Shown: positions 59,830-64,000 of the stretch, in pieces
Position numbering within the stretch: position 1 is the stretch's first letter
Layout: each line of letters opens with the position of its first letter
Position numbers and translations under genes: made by a program
The notes under the pieces: generated by a model
The model's database searches: none
What the model was told of the DNA's origin: nothing
Seen by the model: the letters and a program-made list of their open reading frames with translations, nothing else
From: Balanoglossus misakiensis
Lineage: Eukaryota > Animalia > Hemichordata
DNA length: 64,000 nt
Assembly: GCA_040954595.2 (NCBI GenBank)
Contig: CM082576.2
Coordinates: forward strand, 17,779,028 to 17,843,027
Reading direction: 5' to 3'

Positions 59830-60450
59830 GGACCTTAATTTGTACAGTACAGCAGTGAATCCACCTGGGAGGAACAAAAGCTCAATGCCCTTTCACATGC
59901 GCTGCCTGTGACGTTTCCTGGATGTGAAATATCAAGACAAAGTTACCCACACCACTGTCCTGAAGACAATTTCCAGCACGTACAGTCTGCTGAAGCAGAG
60001 ACACATACACTGGTTTGGCCATGTTGTACTCATTGATGATGGGCGGATCCTAAAAGACCTGTACGGCGCAAACTGACACTTAGGGGAAACACTGACACTT
60101 AGGGGAAACAGACCAAGCAGACCTGACAGTTACACCACAAGGATGTTTGCAAAAGAGACACGAAGGCCCGGGACATTGACGCAAACTCTTGGGAGTCTGA
60201 AGCCTCAGACTGAATGACCTGGATACAAGTGGTTGGCAAAGGCCTCTCCAACATTGAAGAGACTAACGTCCGAAGTCAAGAGACACAGAAGGAAGGCATC
60301 AAGCCAGGCAAACAGACCCTCCTTAGCCTTCATCTGTTTGAAGTGTCATTCTCGCATTGGATTGACTAGTCACACCTGACGCTATCCAAGATCTATACCA
60401 GCATCCCAGCATGCGGATCCAATAAAGCTCTCGAGCCTGAAGGATGCCAA
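59830..60450 (+). pseudogene. RTE-clade LINE 3' remnant
   Basis: LLKQRHIHWFGHV..IDDGRILKDL, KDVCKRD..A.DID..SWE and FIC..CHSRIGL.SH, with stops and frameshifts. Confidence 0.75.
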
Positions 60451-60881
60451 TGCACCTCATCCCTAACTGCCTCCACATCTTTGGGACAGCTTAATCTTGT
60501 GGAACACACTGTGTATTGAGCACTTCACCAGCTATCTCATACATCTGCATCATGGAGATGATTTCATTAGTTCTGTCTCACTTCATAGAGGGGAAATTTC
60601 ACAAAGGCTATAATCAGGGACAACAAATGTATACTGTATTTAAGGAAAAAATCTTCCATCAATGTGAGTGATAGTTTCCAAAAGTCACACAACCCATGAA
60701 TCAAGGTGTTATAACTCGCCTCATCTGACCTTGAAACAGACACAAGAGAAATTTTTATATTACAACAACATCAATAATAATGTTTATTTAAAACAGTATT
60801 TAAAATACACCCCATAGAACAGCTAAACATGTAGATAGCACAATGGAATAGACAGAAAAACAGCAACAAAAGACAATATAA

Positions 60882-61560
60882 AGGTGGCATTGCATGAAAC
60901 CGTCACGACTTTTTTCTCATCAAAGACAATGTTAACACCCCTATAAACGATACATAATCTGGAAGCTGAGTTTTTGAACTTTTGTTTGAGTTGCACTTTT
61001 TATTTACCCTCAGAAATGATGGTGTTTTTGGGTTATAAAACCCATTTTTTTTATATTAGTCAGTCAATTGTAATTCGGTAAAAAATTTGACCATGCATCC
61101 TGCATCTTAATATGTCATTCGAAACTAGAGTACACGTGCAAAAAAAACGAACATTTTGTTTGGCGTTATATGCTTCCATTGAGGAGTAACAGCATTTGCA
61201 AGTTAGATTTTTAGAAAAGTTGATCAAATTCACGATGAGTTGTATTGAATCAAAGTTCATTCCCGACAGGGACATTTTATGAACTAAAATTTTACGTATT
61301 GTTGGATGGGTTATACACAATCTCCTGTTAAAATTTGAGCAAATTCAGCCAACACAAGCGAAGCTAAATTCTTCTGAAGTTGTCAATAGCAGCAAAATGC
61401 AATATTGACAACTATTTCTTTAGCTGTGTGCTAATTTTGGGTGATTGTGCACCATTTCTGTCAAGACGCATTTGTCAGAATGTGGGTCAGTATTAGACCG
61501 ACTGATTTATGTAAAAAGTAAAATTTGGCAAAAATCACAACTTTTCATGCAGTGCCACCT
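60882..61560. mobile_element. Old MITE, Kolobok-like ends
   Basis: AGGTGGCATTGCATGAAA / TTTCATGCAGTGCCACCT; the TSD is degenerate. Confidence 0.55.
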
Positions 61561-61689
61561 AAGTTAAAAACAACACAAGACAACAAGATAAACAAACAAA
61601 AAATCAGTAATAAAAAAATGAAAAAACAGTGATGAAAAAGTCAATCAAAAAACAGTAAAAAGACATTCTGTTGGTACAATGCACTAAAA

Positions 61690-62130
61690 CATTATAAAAT
61701 ATACATCTTCTTTCTGTAGGACTGTTGAAATTTTGAAAGGACAAAGACGTCAGAGTTCACTATTTTGTTCAAAATGCTTTTGCCACTGTTGTAAATTCTG
61801 AGATAAAATTTGTAAAGTAATTTACGCCTCAGAATCAAAAGATGGAACATTGTTAGATACACACATCCCACTAGCACTGCAAACCAGTGGTAGGCACATA
61901 ATAATGATATATATGAATATTTATTAAGGCTTCCCCAAGCCAATGAATGAGACCGGGTATACTTGAGAAATGAAAAACAACAGCATCTGGCAGTCACACA
62001 TGTTCACTTTTGTCATATGGTGTAAAGCCAAAAATAATGTCACAAACAAATTTGCATTAGAGATAGTAGCTTCCTGCAATGTGTTGCAAGTAAATTCGTT
62101 GCTAATATAATGTGATAGCCAGACACTCAA
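61690..62130 (-). pseudogene. Highly decayed LINE ORF2 C-terminal remnant
   Basis: Cys/His-spaced fragments (MCDCQML, HIFW) followed on the minus strand by a T-rich region and an AATAAA near 60783-60788. Confidence 0.35.
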
Positions 62131-63271
62131 AAAATGAAATCATGCACTTTGTATGGAATGTTACGTTTGTCACAGACTACATGCATCGTCATGTTGACTG
62201 GAATTCAACAGCCCATGCATCCATTTTCCTGTTTGGTTAACAATTTGTTGCATTTATTATCAAAAACACAAAAACCATACTAGTGGTGTTTCATATATCT
62301 TCAACATCCATTGAAAATATTTGTTAAAGTACAAAGGCAAACATTTATGGAGCATAATGATATTCACCAAAATTTTGCTAGACAGATAAGAAAACAAATG
62401 GTTATTTCACCAGGTAAATTTCCTCAAATTTACAAGCAACAGTGTTCAGCCAGCTATTAAAAATATGGGGGCATTGTGAATTTTGTGACGTGATAGCTGT
62501 ACATGTACATTATTATTGATAATGTATCGTGTTATTAGGTGGACACGCAACGCACTCAAGAACCAGCCAGACGTGGACAATTTCTGACTGAATAACATAG
62601 GTTTTCAAACAATGCAAACATGTTAAGGTCTAAAAAAGAAATGCAAATATACACAGAAGAAATACTGTGATATTTATTAATTTCGAATCTGACCTCAACT
62701 GGTGATTTATTTAATTTCTTCTTCCTACGGTGGCAGTACATGTCGTCTGCTCATGAATCACACGCAGTTTTGAACATGGCTCGCTCACGCATGTAAAGTA
62801 AACCCAGATGCTTGATTTGACATTCATTCAACATAATACTGTGTACCATGTACCAAGCAGTCATGTCAACAAAGCTATACATGAAAATAGTAATGCTGCA
62901 AGTGTCACTGTCACGTTGTCTACAAGTTGTTAGGAGGCGAGTTTGTTTATGTATTGCAACATTCTGAGCGCCCGCATACGTGAACTTTACTGAGAATGCA
63001 AATGAATGCAAACGCAAGGTTTCACAAAAATCAAAATGTTTTTCAGATATATTTCAGCAAAACCCTTAAATGAATTGTCACTTGCGTTCATAAACCTTCA
63101 TTATTTATTTCCTGATGTTTGAATATGATACTAGAAATGCACAGTTCACCTATTGACCGCAATCAGCTGTTCTTTTGTTTACGCAATTGCTCTGTTTTTG
63201 ATATCTGTGACCGAGTCTGAGTTTTTAGGTGAATTTTTTGGGGAAAAGATCAACATCAAGCATCAGATTAA

Positions 63272-63568
63272 AGGCACGTTTTAAATAATCCCATGTATCC
63301 TTTGAATTATGTCTATTAAATGATATTTCCTAATAGTATATCAAGATCACTTATTTATGACAAAATGGCCAAAAGTTAAAGAAAATCGAAAATTCCTGCA
63401 ATATTCAGATCAAAAATGAAAATGTAATGTCTCAGCGGAGTACATTTACTTCCATAATTGTAGTGGATGAGATCGTGCCTTGTTTATGAAATTTTATATT
63501 CGGAAATGCAACGTTCCTTGTTTCTTGCATTTTTCCACGGTGGCGGCCATATTTCTTTGTGGCAAAGT
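63272..63568. repeat. Diverged partial copy of the 15150-15654 Kolobok-like element
   Basis: TTAA-AGGCACG start and colinear matches (CACTTATTTATGACAAAATGGCCAAAA, CCACGGTGGCGGCCATA); no right TIR seen. Confidence 0.75.
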
Positions 63569-64000
63569 GACTAAGAAATTTACCTGCCCTGTGCAAATAT
63601 TACCGCTGTTAATTTTATAAGCCTGTAGAGACACACAGACACATGGCATGACCTCCAACAAAAGTTGCTTCATCTTTTGTCAAGTTTAGCTAAGTTGTTG
63701 CAATGCGCGTACGCTCAGTGTGTTGCTTGTGTTACAAGGCTATTGATGCAATTTATAGAACGCGTGTCTAAAGATAACTTGTGCACTGAATGAAATGGCA
63801 GCACATTGCTCTTGACAGCGTGCAGAGCTGCGTTGCTTCTAGGGTGATTCAAGCCGTGGAAGGTGTGAAATCACTCAGTTGTGTTCACTATTCATCAAGA
63901 ATTGAAAGGAAGTAGCAAGTTACCGTGAAATCAAAGCTGGACGCATAGCAAAAGTACGGGAGGTGACAATCAGTCATATTGTTGTTCACTCAGGAAGAAT

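Overview
AT-rich eukaryotic DNA with spliceosomal introns, probably from a marine invertebrate (inferred from the transposon repertoire). The first 40 kb is a stack of nested transposons whose ends can be read to the base. The centrepiece is a 21.9-kb IS3EU-type DNA transposon (12152-34069) with TAT...ATA ends, a 6-bp CATATG TSD and ~1.1-kb TIRs. It carries two convergent genes: a DDE transposase and a six-exon HECT ubiquitin ligase, each with an N-terminal SAM-like domain. A second IS3EU-like element, cut by the window start, also appears to pair a transposase with a convergent HECT gene. The large element sits inside a PIF/Harbinger transposon (transposase plus Myb/SANT gene). It hosts an intact Crypton tyrosine-recombinase element and several MITEs. 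The Crypton and four non-coding elements share an A...A'B...B' end layout in which an internal segment is complementary to both termini. A full-length Tx1/L1 LINE with a 13-bp TSD interrupts a Gypsy remnant. The last 24 kb holds a candidate spliced orphan coiled-coil gene, satellites, a 2.9-kb TGT...ACA foldback element with a 6-bp TSD, and LINE remnants. Domain calls come from motif recognition by eye; no database search was run.
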